A DNA stretch of 64,000 nucleotides from Anaeramoeba ignava BMAN. Taxonomy: Eukaryota; Protista; Anaeramoebae. The notes below the pieces were generated by a model, which was not told the DNA's origin, made no database searches, and worked only from the letters and a program-made list of their open reading frames with translations. The stretch covers positions 558,001 through 622,000 of the forward strand of contig JAPDFW010000125.1 in the NCBI GenBank assembly GCA_028826165.1. The letters run 5' to 3'. This document shows, piece after piece, positions 47,549 through 61,109 of the stretch. Every line of letters begins with the position of its first letter. Position 1 is the stretch's first letter. The position numbers and the translations under genes were made by a program.

Positions 47549-50500
47549 TTAAATTTCATTATTAGAATTTGAATTATTAATTTTGGAATGATTTTTTTTT
47601 GATTCAATTTTTTCATTAATATTAAAACCATTTTCTTTTTGAGAATTTACAATATTTAAATCAGAGTTAGGTTTTTGATTTACATTACTTTGTTTTGGAT
47701 TATTATTATGATGATTTTGATTTTGATTTTGATTTTGATTTTGATTTTGATTTTGATTTTTATGATGATTTTCATTTTGATTTTGATTTTTATTTTGATT
47801 TTGATTTTGATTTTGATTTTTATGATGATTTTCATTTTGATTTTGATTTTGATTTTGATTTTGATTTTCATTTTGATTTTCATTTTCATTTTGATTTTGA
47901 TTTTCATTTTGATTTTGATTTTCATTATCATTTTCATTATCATTTTCATTTTCATTTTCATTTTCATTATCATTTTCATTTTCATTTTGATTTTGATTTT
48001 GATTTTCATTTTGATTTTGATTTTGATTTTGATTTTGATTATTAAAATGATCTAATTCCATTTTAAGATTATCATTATAAATTCCCAACAAAAAAGATAA
48101 CCAAGTTTCATATTCATTTTCATTTTGGAAAGAAATTTCAATTTGACGATCCTTATTAGATTGATCAAAAATAATAAACGATTTAACAATTTTTTGTTGT
48201 ATTGTTGGTTCAGTTTTTGAAATTTGAATTGATGGAGTAATTTCAATAATATCAAGTAAAGAATGGTATGGATTGATAGGAAATGAAAGAAAAATCGCAA
48301 GATAACGAAACTTCAATATAATATAAGCAGCATTCCAAACCTCTTGCGATTTTTGTCTTATCCAAACCCAACTCTGATGAATTGTTGTTAAACTCCAGTG
48401 ATCCTTCCACAAAATAATAGTGTTTTTATTTGCAAATTTTTCTCCTTTTGAAAATTTTTCAAGAAAGGGATCTTGATCTGATTTTTGCATATGATGATCA
48501 TCATATCTGAAAAATGAGGAATCGCTCATTAAATGGTCAAATTCACTTGGGATTGAATCTGATTCAAGTGCGCTACTTTGCTGAACAAATTTCGGGCGAT
48601 TTGGAACTCCGAAATCAAAATTCACTAAATTAACATCCTCTTTATAAGAAAGTTCATCATCCTCATTTTGAAGGGATATTTCTGATAAAATGGCTTCTAT
48701 AAAATCAACACATTCTGCACTGTAATTGATTTTGTCATTGAGCAATTCAAGATCCTTTTTCATTTTTGCGATTCTAAATGTTTCCAGATTATTAAATGGT
48801 GCAATTTTTTCTTCGTTTATAAATCTTTTAATTGATATGAATAGTTCATATGCACTTGCTTTAGTTTGTTTTTGATCTTTGTGGTGATGATAAAATAGCA
48901 TTGCGATATATGATATTGGTGATTGCAATGAAAATTTTTCGATGAGATTATGAGTTGTATGTGAAACATCTCCAGAAATATTCTGAATAATATTTTTTAT
49001 ATTTATTTTTAAATATTATTAAATTTTAAATATTATTAATTTTAAATATTATTAATTTTAAATATTTTTAAATTTTACAGGAATATCTTCTAAAAATTGT
49101 GAAAAATTTTTCCATTTTGATTCAATTTTTTTGTTTAAAGGTTGTAAATAAACTCGATTTGAACCAAATTTTCTTCCAGTTCCAAGTGTTTGAATAGCTG
49201 TTGAAAGAAGAAGAAAACCTCTTTCACTTCTTGAATCAGGAACATCTATAGCAAATAAATGAATAAATGAATAAATGAATAAATATAAATATATATATAA
49301 ATACAATCAATAATTTGAAAAGAATTTGGTGAAAGAATTGCAGGACATAAAAAACGAACAAAAATCAAACTTCCAATAGCAGTCAGATAATCAGGAAGAC
49401 CGAGATCATTGGCCTCTTCCTGAATATGATGAGAAATCAACCGAAAACCTGCAGGAATATCCTTTTGTTTTTCAAGAATACGATCGGCAAGTTTTTGGAA
49501 ATAGAAAATCAAACTTTTCAAATTTCGTGAAACATTTTTCGAAACCTCAAGATATGGATCAACCTCGAATTGAATGTTATTTTTGCAAATTTCATCCACA
49601 ATATCATGGAACGTATCATATAAAAATTCCTTCCCAAATGTTGTTGAATATCTTGTAATTAATTTTGATGAGATGTCATTGATTCTTAAAAGAACTTGAA
49701 GATTTCTTTTCGAAATCATTTTGTGCGAGATTGTAAATTTAATAATAGGCATGAACAAGTCCAGCTGAAGAAATAAATAATAAAGTGCAGTTGAAAAATC
49801 ATCTAGCGAAGATGTGTTGTTTTCATCATCAACTGCAGCTGCCAAAAAAACAATATCTTCGTAATTCAAATATTCTCCCAAAATTTGTTGACCTTTTGTT
49901 ATAATTTGGTTCATAACAAGTCTTTTTTTTGCTTGTTCTGTTTGCTTTTTTTCTGATCCATCTTTTATAGCATTATCATTTAAATCCCCATTCATAAATT
50001 TTTTAATTACTTCCTGAATTTTGTCTTTTGATTCCTTGTTAAATATTCGGTCAACAATTGATCGAATTGTTTGTCCAAGTGAATCTTTTTTACTTTGAAG
50101 AATAATTTTTTGGATATTTTGGTTTTTTTCTGTTAAATTGAGAAGATCGCAAAAATGTGTTAATATTTTGGTTGATTTGTCAAAGTTAACTAATCCGTAA
50201 ATAAATGTGTCGATATTTTTATAAATTGACCTTTTGACTTCATTAAAATTTTCTGTTTATTTATAAAAGAAAACGGAAAGTTAATCCTTTTTTTTTTGAT
50301 TTTTTGATTTGAAAAATTTTTTTTGTGTTCACCTTTTTTAATAATGGAATGTTCTAAAAGAATTTTCGTTAATCTTCGCGAAAAACCCTTTTTGAAAACT
50401 ACTCCTAAAACAAGAAGATCAAAAAGAAGCTCTAATGATAATGAAATATTTTCATTTGAAAGATTTGTGCTACTTAAAACTCTAATAATTTCATGTCCAA

Positions 50501-53500
50501 TCTCAATTGGATTGCAATCAAAATTATCTTGTAATATTAATTCTTTTGTGATACTTCGTTGAATACTTGGATTAATTATTCTTATTCCATTTGAATATAG
50601 AATCAATAATATTGCTTTAAAAAATAAGTTTCGGTTCATATTTGAAAAAGTGTACTATATTTATATATTTATATATTTATATATTTATATTTTTAGATTT
50701 TTTCAGTTAGTGAATAACAAAAAAAATAACTTTTGATAATTTACATTTTGATGAGTGAGATGGAAATCATGAATTAAATCAACAAAAGAATTTTCAGAAT
50801 TTTCAAAATTTTCATTCGGTTCTGTGATTGCTTTAAAAATTTCATTAATTTTTTGAACCAAAAAATCAAACTTATAAATTCCAGCAAACTGTAGGAATAA
50901 AAAAGAATCAATCTTAATAAATTTAGTTTGGGTTTCTGATTTTTGATGAGTATTATATGGTTCTTTTTGTATTTGCGAAGGAGAAGTCAAATCCAAATTT
51001 GAATCGCTTAAATTTCCATCTAATAATTTTGTTGAATCTTCATCCTGAATTTGTTCGTTGGTGATTTTGATTTTTAAATTAGTTTTTCCATTGATATTTG
51101 CTTTGGGTGGCTCATTAAAATCTTTTGTAGATATTCTTGGAGAAAGTTCTTCCAAGACTAGTGTTTCACTATCTGGCTCTGTTTCTTCAAGATTAAGTTG
51201 CGAAATGAATTTCTGAAATCCACTTGTTTGATGACTTAATATTTTGTCATGCTGTCTTCTTAACAGCGCATTAATCTCTGTGTCTGTTTCTGTTTCTGTT
51301 CCTGATGGTGTCATTAAATCAAATTCTATTGGTCCAATTGGTGATAACGGATTATTTCCTGTTGACATAACTCGAGAGTGTTTTTTTGAAAATTTTCCTT
51401 TTCGAATGATTTTGCTTTTTTTCTCAAATTGTTTTGATTTGTCAAATTGTGTGGGTGTTTCTGGTTCATCTTCAAAATTATCATCTTGAATCCAATTATC
51501 TTGGAATTCTGTTGATTCAAGTGCTTTTATATTTATAAATTTTGGTCGATTTTTATTTCTTTTTTTAAATCCAAATTGTTCAGCTGGCAATGAATTAGAT
51601 AAACTTTCATATTTTGGTTCTATTTTTTGTGCTGTTTGTTGGATTTGTGAATTGAGTTCTTGTAATTTTGCTTGATTTTCTTCTGGTTTAAAGAAAATTT
51701 GTTTTCTAAATTTCTATAAAAAAAATAATAAAATAATAAAATAATAAAATAATAAAATAATAAAATAATAAAAGAATAAAAGATTAAAATAATAAAAGAT
51801 TAAAATAATAAAAGATTAAAAGAATAAAAGAATAAAAGATTAAAAGAATAAAATAATAAAAGAATAAAAGATTAAAAGATTAAAAATAATAAAAGATTAA
51901 AAGATTAAAAATAATAAAAAGAATAAAAATAATAAAATAATAAAATAAGAATAAAAAATAAAATAATAAAAAATAATAAAAAAATAAAAAATAAAAAAAA
52001 AAGAATAAAAAGAATAAAAATAATAAAAAGATTAAAAGAATAAAAGAATAAAAAAAAGAAAAAAGAATAAAAATAAAAAAGATTAAAAAAATAAAAATAA
52101 TAAAATAATAAAATAATAAAAAAAAGAATAAAAAGAATAAAATAAAAGATTAAAAAGATAAAAAGAATAAAAAAAAAATTAAAAGAATAAAAAGAATAAA
52201 AGATTAAAAAGAATAAAAAATAAAATAATAAAAGATTAAAAATAAAATAATAAAAGAATAAAAGAATAAAAGAATAAAAGAATAAAAAGATTAAAAAGAT
52301 TAAAAGATTAAAAATAATTAAAAGAATAAAAGAATAAAATAATAAAAAGAATAAAAAGATTAAAAGAATAAAAAGAATAAAAAGAATAAAAGAATAAAAA
52401 GAATAAAAAATAAAAAGAATAAAAAGAATAAAAGATTAAAAGATTAAAAGATTAAAAGAATAAAAGAGAAAAATAATAAAATAAAAAGATAATAAAAGAA
52501 TAAAAGAATAAAAATAAAAAGAATAAAATAATAAAAATAATAAAAACAATAAAAATAATAAAAGATTAAAAATAATAAAAAGATTAAAAAATAAAATAAA
52601 AAGAATAAAAAAATAATAAAATAATAAAAAATAACAAAAAAGAATAAAAATAATAAAATAATAAAATAATAAAAAGAATAAAATAATAAAAAATAAAATA
52701 AAATAAAAAAATAATAAAAAAAAAAAAAAAAATAAAATAATAAAAAGAATAAAAAGAATAAAAAAATAAAAAGAATAAAAAATAAATAAAAAGAATAAAA
52801 AGAATAAAAGAATAAAAGAATAAAAAGAATAAAAAGAATAAAAAGAATAAAAAGATTAAAAGATTAAAAGATTAAAAAGATTAAAAGATTAAAGAATAAA
52901 AAGAATAAAAAGAATAATTAAAAAATAAAAATAATAAAAGATTAAAAGATTAAAAAATAATAAAAAGATTAAAAGAATAAAATATTAAAATAATAAAAGA
53001 ATAAAAAGATTAAAAAGAATAAAAGAATAAAAGATTAAAAGATTAAAAGATTAAAAGATTAAAAGATTAAAAGAATAAAAAGAATAAAAGAATAAAAAAT
53101 AAATAAAAGAATAAAAAAAATAAAAGAATAAAAGAATAAAAAGATTAAAAGATTAAAAGAATAAAAAGAATAAAAAGAATAAAAGAATAAAAGAATAAAA
53201 AAATAAAAAATAATAAAAATAATAAAATAATAAAATAATAAAATAATAAAAGATTAAAATAATAAAAGAATAAAAGAATAAAAGAATAAAATAATAAAAT
53301 AATAAAAGAATAAAATAATAAAAGAATAAAAGATTAAAATAATAAAAGAATAAAAGAATAAAAGAATAAAAGAATAAAATAATAAAATAATAAAAGATTA
53401 AAATAATAAAATAATAAAAGAATAAAATAATAAAAGAATAAAAGATTAAAAGATTAAAAGATTAAAAGATTAAAAGATTATTGTTAAATTTTCTTTTTGT

Positions 53501-55367
53501 TTTTTTTTAAAACTAATATCCAAACCTCAAATCCTTTTTCTCTTGGAGATCGAGGTGATTTTTTTTTCCTCATATTTTGTTGTCTAATACTTGAATAATT
53601 ATTTCCATTTCTTTTTTCGTTCTTTTTTTGATTTTTACTTTCATTTCTTTTTTCTTTTCCATTTCTATTTTCATTCTTTTTTTCATTTCTATTTTCATTT
53701 CCATTTCGATTTTCATTTCCATTTTCATTTAATTTAATATTTGGTTTTTGATTTGAACGAACAAGACGAGGTTTCCAAACGAAGATATTGGATAATAAAG
53801 AAATGATTTCAATTTCATTTCCCTTTTTAAAATTAAAATTAAAATTAAAATTAAAATTAAAATTAAAATTAAAATTAAAATTAAAATTAAAATTAAAATT
53901 AAAATTAAAATTAAAATTAAAATTAAAATCAAAATCAAAATTAAAATTCAAAATAAAATCAAAATTAAAATTATAATTAAAATCAATATTAATATTATAA
54001 TTAAAATTAAAATTAAAATTAAAATTAAAATTAAAATTAAAATTAAAATTAAAATTAAAAATTAAAATTAAAATTAAAATTAAAATTAAAATTAAAATTA
54101 TAATCATAATTAAAATTAAAATCATAATTAAAATTAAAATTAAAATTAAAATTAAAATTAAAATTAAAATTAAAATTAAAATTAAAATTAAAATTAAAAT
54201 TAATATTAAAATTAAAATTAAAATTATAATCAAAATTAAAATCAAAATCAATATTAAAATCAATATTAAAAACTACTTGTAAAATATCATTTGTTGTGCA
54301 AAAATATCCTGAATATCCAGATTTGGCTAAAATTTGAAGGAAAAGATCAGCTCTTTCTTTTAAATTTTCAACTGAACAAATTTTCTGAATTTCTGGATCA
54401 TCAGTTAAAGCAAATAATAAACCTAATAAAGGTTTAGAATCCTAAAATAAAATTAAAATTAAAATTAAAATTAAAATTAAAATTAAAATTAAAATATAAA
54501 ATTAAAATTAAAATTAAAATTAAAATTAAAATTAAAATTAAAATTGAATTTAAAATTAAAATTAAAATTAAAATTAAAATTAAAATTAAAATTAAAATTA
54601 AAATTAAAATTAAAATTCATTTATAAAATTATAATTAAAATTAAAATTAAAATTAAAATTAAAATTAAAATCAATTAAAATTAAAATTAAAATTAAAATT
54701 AAAATTAATATTGAATTTAAAATTAAAATTAAAATTAAAATCAAAATTAAATTCAAAATTAAAAAAAATAAAATTAAAATTAAAATTAAAATTGAAATTG
54801 AATTTGAATTTGAAATTAAAATTATAATTAAAATTAAAATTAAAATTAAAATTCAAAATTAAAATTAAAATTAAAATTAAAATTGAAATCAAAATTAAAT
54901 TCAAAATTAAAATTAATATTAATATTAAAATCAAAATTAAAATTAAAATTAAAATTAAAATTAAAATTAAAATTAAAATTAAAATTAAAATTAAAATTAA
55001 TTTATAAAATTAAATTAAAATTAAAATTAAAATTAAAATTAAAATTAAAATTAAAATTGAATTCAAAATTAAAATTAAAATTAAAATTAAAATTAAAATT
55101 GAAATTAAAATTAAAATTAAAATTAAAATTCATTTATGAAATTGAAATCAAAACAAATTAAATATCAACCTTAAAATCATCTTTAAATTTCTTCACTTTT
55201 TGTAAACCAATTGATTGTAATTGAAAATTAACCCATCGTTTTAAAAGTTTTAATGGATGAACTGTTTCAATTTTTTCTTTTTCTTTCACTTTTAAAACAT
55301 GTATATCTTGATGTAATGCAATATTTAAAATGAATTTCCTATAATCAGGAGGTTCTGTATGTGTCAT
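47549..55367 (-). CDS. Calponin-homology + RasGAP + PH-like protein; exons 55367-55170, 54441-54277, 53822-53526, 51713-50745, 50654-50333, 50252-49305, 49245-49079, 48982-47549
   Basis: CH (LLKRWVNFQL..FKDDFK|DS...|GNEIEIISLLSNIF), RasGAP (LLRIND, FEVDP, IFVRFLCPAILSP), PH-like (FQNENEYETWL) and an N/Q/E tail. All seven intron phases are consistent. Confidence 0.85.
51714..53525. repeat. 1.8-kb intron of (TAAAAGAA/TAAAAGAT/TAAAATAA)n
   Basis: Bounded on the minus strand by GTTTGG...TATAG. Confidence 0.88.
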
Positions 55368-55580
55368 TGTTTACTTAATAAAAATTTTATTATTTTATGT
55401 TTTTTTTTCTTCTTTTTTTATAAATTTAAAAAGAAAAAAAACAAAATGAAAGAGAAAAAAAATGAAAAAAAAATGAAATTTAAAAAAAAAAAATAAAATA
55501 AAAAAGCAAAAAAAAAAAATTTATTGAGAAAATTGTTATCTTTTTTATTTTTTTTTTTGATTTATTTTTTTTAAATTGTT

Positions 55581-57890
55581 TTATTTGAAATTATTCGATC
55601 TCAAATAATTTATTGAATTTGTAATTTTGAGGATAATTTCTTTTGCTTTTTCAAAAATGTTTTGAGAATTATATTTTCCTTTCAAGATAATTTGTTGAAT
55701 ATCTTGGAAAAAACCTGGATATTTAAGAATAAGTTGAGGTTTATTATTAATTGCTGATGAAATCCAATTGATTGCTAAATCAGAATTCGAATTAATCAAA
55801 ACGGCTAATTTTTCAATTAGTTTCAATGCAACTTCTTCTTGAAGATCTTCATATTGAAAAAAATGATCCGAATTCGTTTGAAGAAAAAATAAAAATAACT
55901 CATTCAATGTTGGTGAATTTAAAGCTTTAATAACAACTTGATTCAAATTAATATTTTCATTGGTTTTGATTTGCGAATTTTCAATATTTTGAACTGGTAA
56001 ATTTAATTGAATATTTGACATCAAATTTTTTTTTTCGGGAAAAATAAAAGGTTGTTGTTTTTGTTGAAAAAGATGCTGAATATTGGAATTCCTATTTGAA
56101 TTTAAATCTAGATTTGCGTCTTTTTTTGAAAGTGCTTTCTTAATTGATGATTTAATGATTTCATTTGTTATTTTCAGTTGCAAATTTCCAAATTCTTTCT
56201 TAAAGCAATCTTCTGTTGGTTTTTCTATTGTTTTTTTGAGTAAAATCCATACATCTTTGTTCGTAGTTTCTGATAATGCCTTGATAGATTGGACATGGAA
56301 ATTATAAATGATTTCGGAATTGTTTTGGTTTGTTAAAAATAATTTAGGAAATTGTTCTCCAGTTATTTCATTAAAATTCTTTTGGGTTATTTGGCATTTT
56401 GTTTGAAATGAATCGATTGGGAATTTTATTTTTTCTTTTTCTTTTTCTTTCTCTAATTTTAATTTTAATTCTTTTTCTTTTTCTTTTTCTAATTTCAATT
56501 TTAATTCTTTTTCTAATTTTAATTCTTTTTCTTTTTCTTTTTCTTTTTCTTTTTCTTTATTTATTATAAAACTCGAATTTTTATCAAAACTATCAGAATC
56601 AATATCATCACCAGTATCACTTCCAGATTCAGAAATATTTTTCATCTTATTTTTTGAATTTGATTCTGATTTTGAATTTGATTCTGATTTTGATTCTTTT
56701 TCTATTTTTTGTTGTGATTTTGTTTCAGATTGTGATTTTGTTTCTGATTGTGATTTTGTTTCTGATTGTGATTTTGTTTCTGATTGTGATTTTGTTTCAG
56801 ATTCGAAGTCTGATTCTGATTCTGATTCTGATTCTGATTCTATTTTTGGTTTTGATTTTGATTCTATTTTTAATTCTGATTTTGTTTCAGATTCTGATTT
56901 TGATTCTATTTTTGATTTTGATTCTATTTTTAATTCTGATTTTGTTTCTGATTCTGATTTTGATTCTATTTTTGTTTTTGATTTTGTTTCTGATTGTGAT
57001 TTTGTTTCTGATTGTGATTTTGTTTCTGATTGTGATTTTGTTTCAGATTGTGATTTTGTTTCAGATTGTGATTTTGTTTCAGATTCGAAGTCTGATTCTG
57101 ATTCTGATTCTGATTCTGATTCTGATTCTGATTCTGATTCTGATTCTGATTCTGATTCTGATTCTATTTTTGGTTTTGATTTTGATTCTATTTTTAATTG
57201 TGATTTTGATTCTATTTTTGTTTTTGATTTTGGTTCTGTTTTTAGTTTTGATTCTATTTTTGGTTTTGATTCCGGTTTTGTTTGCAAATTTAATTTTGAA
57301 TTTGATTCTGATTCTATTTTTGATTTTGATTTTGAATTTGAATTTGAATTTGATTTTGATTTTGATTTTGAATTTGAATTTGAATTTGAATTTGATTTTG
57401 ATTTTGAATTTGAATTTGAATTTGAATTTGAATTTGAATTTGAATTTGAATTTGAATTTGAATTTGATTTTGAATTTGAATTTGATTTTGAATTTGATTT
57501 TGAATTTGATTCTGATTCTGTTTCTGATTCTGATTCTGATTCTGATTCTGAATTTGATTCTGTTTCTGATTCTGTTTCTGATTGTTTTAATGGTTTTTTT
57601 TCTTGTAATTCTTTTTGATTTAAATGTTTATTTTTATCTTTCTGTTCTTTGGAATTTTTTCTTTGAAATCATTCATAATTTTTTGTTTTTATTTTTATTT
57701 AAAATTTAAAATAAAAAAAAATTTATTGTTTTTATTTTTGTTTTTGTTTTTGAAAATACTTTTTATCATTTTCAGAAAAAGATTCGTCTTCACTTGTGTT
57801 ATTTTCAGAAGTAGTTGTTGATTCATCTTCATCTTCATCTGAACTAGTTGAAGTATTATTTTTTTTAATAAGTTTAAATTTCTCACTCAT
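55581..57890 (-). CDS. Ser/Glu/Lys-repeat protein with a C-terminal helical domain resembling EDC4/Ge-1 C-terminus; intron 57661-57759
   Basis: Exon 1 ([10 protein letters not shown]...) is joined by a phase-2 GTATTT..CAAAG intron to the track ORF frame. C-terminal [11 protein letters not shown]...[17 protein letters not shown]...[10 protein letters not shown]; resemblance judged by eye. Confidence 0.6.
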
Positions 57891-58019
57891 TTTCTTAATA
57901 ACAAAAAAAAGGAAAAAAAAAATGAAAAAAAAAAATAAAAAAAATTAAAAAAATAATAATAATAATAAAAGAAATAATTTTATTTTATGTATTTTATTAA
58001 CATTTCTTTATTTAAAACA

Positions 58020-58720
58020 ATATAAAACTATTCCCAATAATTTAATAAAATTAATAAAATCTTTTCATTAATTTATTTCAAAAATGGAATAAAGAATATT
58101 AAATAATTAAATTTAAAAATAATTATTTTTTATATATTAAAATTAATATAAAATTTTTATTTTAAAAAATAAAAAAATAATTAATTTATTCCCAATAATT
58201 TAATAAAATTGAGAAGAAAATTGAAATATTTTAATAAGTATATTTATTTAATTTTAATAATAAATATTTAATTTTAATAATAATTTAATTTAAATTTATT
58301 TTATTTTAATTTGATATAATGTTTTTATTTATTATATTAATATTTTTGATTATTTATTATTTCAATTTTAATTATAAAAATATATTAAAAAGTGGAATAA
58401 ATATTTTAATAAAGATAAATAATTAATTTTAATAATATTTAATAATAATTTAATTTAAATTTATTTATTTTAATTTGATTTAATATTTTTATTTATTATA
58501 TTAATATTTTTGATTATTTATTATTCCCAATAATTTAATAAAATTGAAAAAGAAAATTGAAATATTTTAATAAAGATAAATATTTAATTTTAATAATATT
58601 TAATAATAATTTAATTTAAATTTATTTTATTTTAATTTAATATAATGTTTCTATTTATTATATTAATATTTTTGATTATTTATTAATTCAATTTTAATTA
58701 TAATAAAATATATTAAAAAT
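58020..58720. repeat. Degenerate AT-rich tandem repeat with units of about 160-175 bp
   Basis: Recurring blocks TTCCCAATAATTTAATAAAATT and ATATTAATATTTTTGATTATTTATTA (about three copies each). Confidence 0.65.
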
Positions 58721-59184
58721 AAAATTAAAAATTAAAAATTTTAAATAAATTGAATTTAACATGATTGAATAAGATAAACTTTCTAAAAATAATTTACTAA
58801 TTATTCTATTTTTGATTTTGATTATAATTTATTAATATTTAAATATTAATTAATAATAAATTTTATTTGATTTTTATTTTAATATTTTAATTAATGAATT
58901 TAAATTTAATTATTATTAATTTCTATTTTCAATTTTTATTTTTATTTATTATATTAAAAATATTCAATTTTTTAAAATTTATTATTTTTTTTTTTGGATT
59001 ATTTTTTATTAATTAAATTTTTAATAAATATTTTAAATTAAAATTAAATTATTTAAAATTAAATTTGTTTCTTATTTATTATTTTAAAGAAATTAATTTG
59101 ATTAAAAGTAAATTAAAATTGAATTAAATTTTGAAAAAAAAAATTAAAAAAAAAAAGTTTGATTTTCTTATTATTAATTAATTT

Positions 59185-60708
59185 TTAAATGAAATAAGTT
59201 TCAACTTCATCAACAACCCATGAATTATAAGAACCAGCTAAATAACTTTGAGCTTCATATGTTCCATGAGTAATTCCATTAGGTAGATTATAACTATAAC
59301 CAAAATTTGACCAACCAGGTTGTAAATTAGATTTTAATTGAAAATCATTAGCACCAAATAATGGACCATAATTTAAAACAGAACAAATTGCATATTGTTC
59401 TTCTCCTTGTTTAATTGTAAACTTTGCAGGTATTCTATCTCCTTTATCATTTCTTAATGAAAAAATAAATGCACTTGAGTCATTAATGTATCCTTTATCT
59501 CCATTAAATCCAACTTGAGTAAAACCTCCAAAAATAAAATTTTGTTTTGTTTTGATAATAACTAATGTTTTTCCTTTCCCATCAACTGCTTTATGCCAAT
59601 TTTGAGAATTAAATCCATCTCTTTTTGCTGAAAATCCTTTTTTCATTTTAGAAAAAAAATCATTATCATTTATCCATTCTTTTAATTTCTTAACATATTC
59701 AATATCTTTCATAATTTCTGAATCTGAAAATTGAGGAAAATTCTTTTTCAATTCAATTTCTTCTTTCATTTTCTCAATCTCTGTTTTCAAATCTTGATTC
59801 TCTTTCTTCCATTTCTCTTCAATTTCTTTCTTCCATTTCTCTTCAATTTCTTTTTGATTATCTTGAATAACTTTGTTTTGAATATCAACTAAAAAAGATT
59901 TGGGAAAAATTTCAAAATGTTTTAATTTATCAAAATCTTGTTTTGAAATTGAATCTTTATCAAATAATGAAAAAAAAGAATGAAATAATCTTTTCTTTGC
60001 ATTCATTTTGTGTTCATATTTCCTTAATTTTAATCTTTCATTTCTTTTTTTAATCCAATTATTTAAAAATTGAAAAAAATCAAATTGAAAAATTTCTTTT
60101 TTTTCTTGTTTAAATTGAATAAATTTGATAATTTCTTCTTTAGTTAAATTGAATAAATTCTCATTATTTTGAATTTGGGAAAAATTTTGATTTATTAATT
60201 CAAAACATTTTATTTCAATTTCATTTGAATTTAAATTTCGATTTTGGAAAAAAAATTGGAAAAAATTTGAATAATTAATTGAATTTAAAATTTTTTTTTG
60301 AATAATTTCTTTCAATAAATTTAATTTAAAATAAATTGAAATTTCTAATAATTGAATAAGATTTTCTTGATTCTCAAAAGAAATATTTCCATAATAAATA
60401 TAACTCAAAATTGATTCCATTTCTTTTTTATTAAATTCATTTAAAGAAATTTTATTAAGATGGTTTTTCTCTTTTAAAAACTCATTAAAAAAAGGAGATC
60501 TTGAAGATAAAATTGATTTATGAACTTTAATTTCAAAAGGATTTGATTTATTCTCAACAAAAATTGAAAAATCTTTAAATGAATTTCCATTTAAAAGGTT
60601 TGAATAATCTTTAATTAAATTTTTTGTTACTTTTTTTTGTAAATTTTTCATTTCATTTTCATTTTCATTTTGATTTGCATTTTCAATTTGGTTATTATTG
60701 TTATCCAT
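59185..60708 (-). CDS. BTB + TLDc domain protein
   Basis: BTB (FKDFSIFV..VHKSILSSRSPFF) and TLDc (FSAKRDGF..WHKAVDGKGKTLVIIKT..IFGGFT..FIFSL..YGPLFG..VDEVETY). Confidence 0.9.
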   Translation of the reverse strand: MDNNNNQIENANQNENENEMKNLQKKVTKNLIKDYSNLLNGNSFKDFSIFVENKSNPFEIKVHKSILSSRSPFFNEFLKEKNHLNKISLNEFNKKEMESILSYIYYGNISFENQENLIQLLEISIYFKLNLLKEIIQKKILNSINYSNFFQFFFQNRNLNSNEIEIKCFELINQNFSQIQNNENLFNLTKEEIIKFIQFKQEKKEIFQFDFFQFLNNWIKKRNERLKLRKYEHKMNAKKRLFHSFFSLFDKDSISKQDFDKLKHFEIFPKSFLVDIQNKVIQDNQKEIEEKWKKEIEEKWKKENQDLKTEIEKMKEEIELKKNFPQFSDSEIMKDIEYVKKLKEWINDNDFFSKMKKGFSAKRDGFNSQNWHKAVDGKGKTLVIIKTKQNFIFGGFTQVGFNGDKGYINDSSAFIFSLRNDKGDRIPAKFTIKQGEEQYAICSVLNYGPLFGANDFQLKSNLQPGWSNFGYSYNLPNGITHGTYEAQSYLAGSYNSWVVDEVETYFI

Positions 60709-61109
60709 TTTGTTTTGTTGTTTTTTGTGTTTTTGTGTTTTGTTTGTGTTTTGTTGTTTAAAAAAATGAAAAATGAAAAAAAAAAAATGAAAAAAAAAAA
60801 ATGGATTTTGAAAATAAATAAAAATATAAAAAATGAGAATAAATTTAAATTAATAATTAATTTAATTTTCTTTTTAATTTATTATTTTAAATTAATTTAT
60901 TAATAAATTATTATTATTTTTTTATTAATTTTTTTATTAAAAAAAAAGGAAAATTATTTTAATTTAATTTTTAATTTAATTTTTTTTTTGGAATTTAAAA
61001 ATTATTAATGAATTTAAATTTAAAAACAAATTTCCAAATTAATATTAATTCAATTTAATTCAAAAAAAAAGATAAAATTTTAATTTCAAAAATCAATTTT
61101 CAAAATATT

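Noticed and set aside
56654-57709. 351-aa hydrophobic plus-strand ORF (also 47675-48055)
   Set aside because: Antisense shadow of low-complexity coding repeats on the minus strand.
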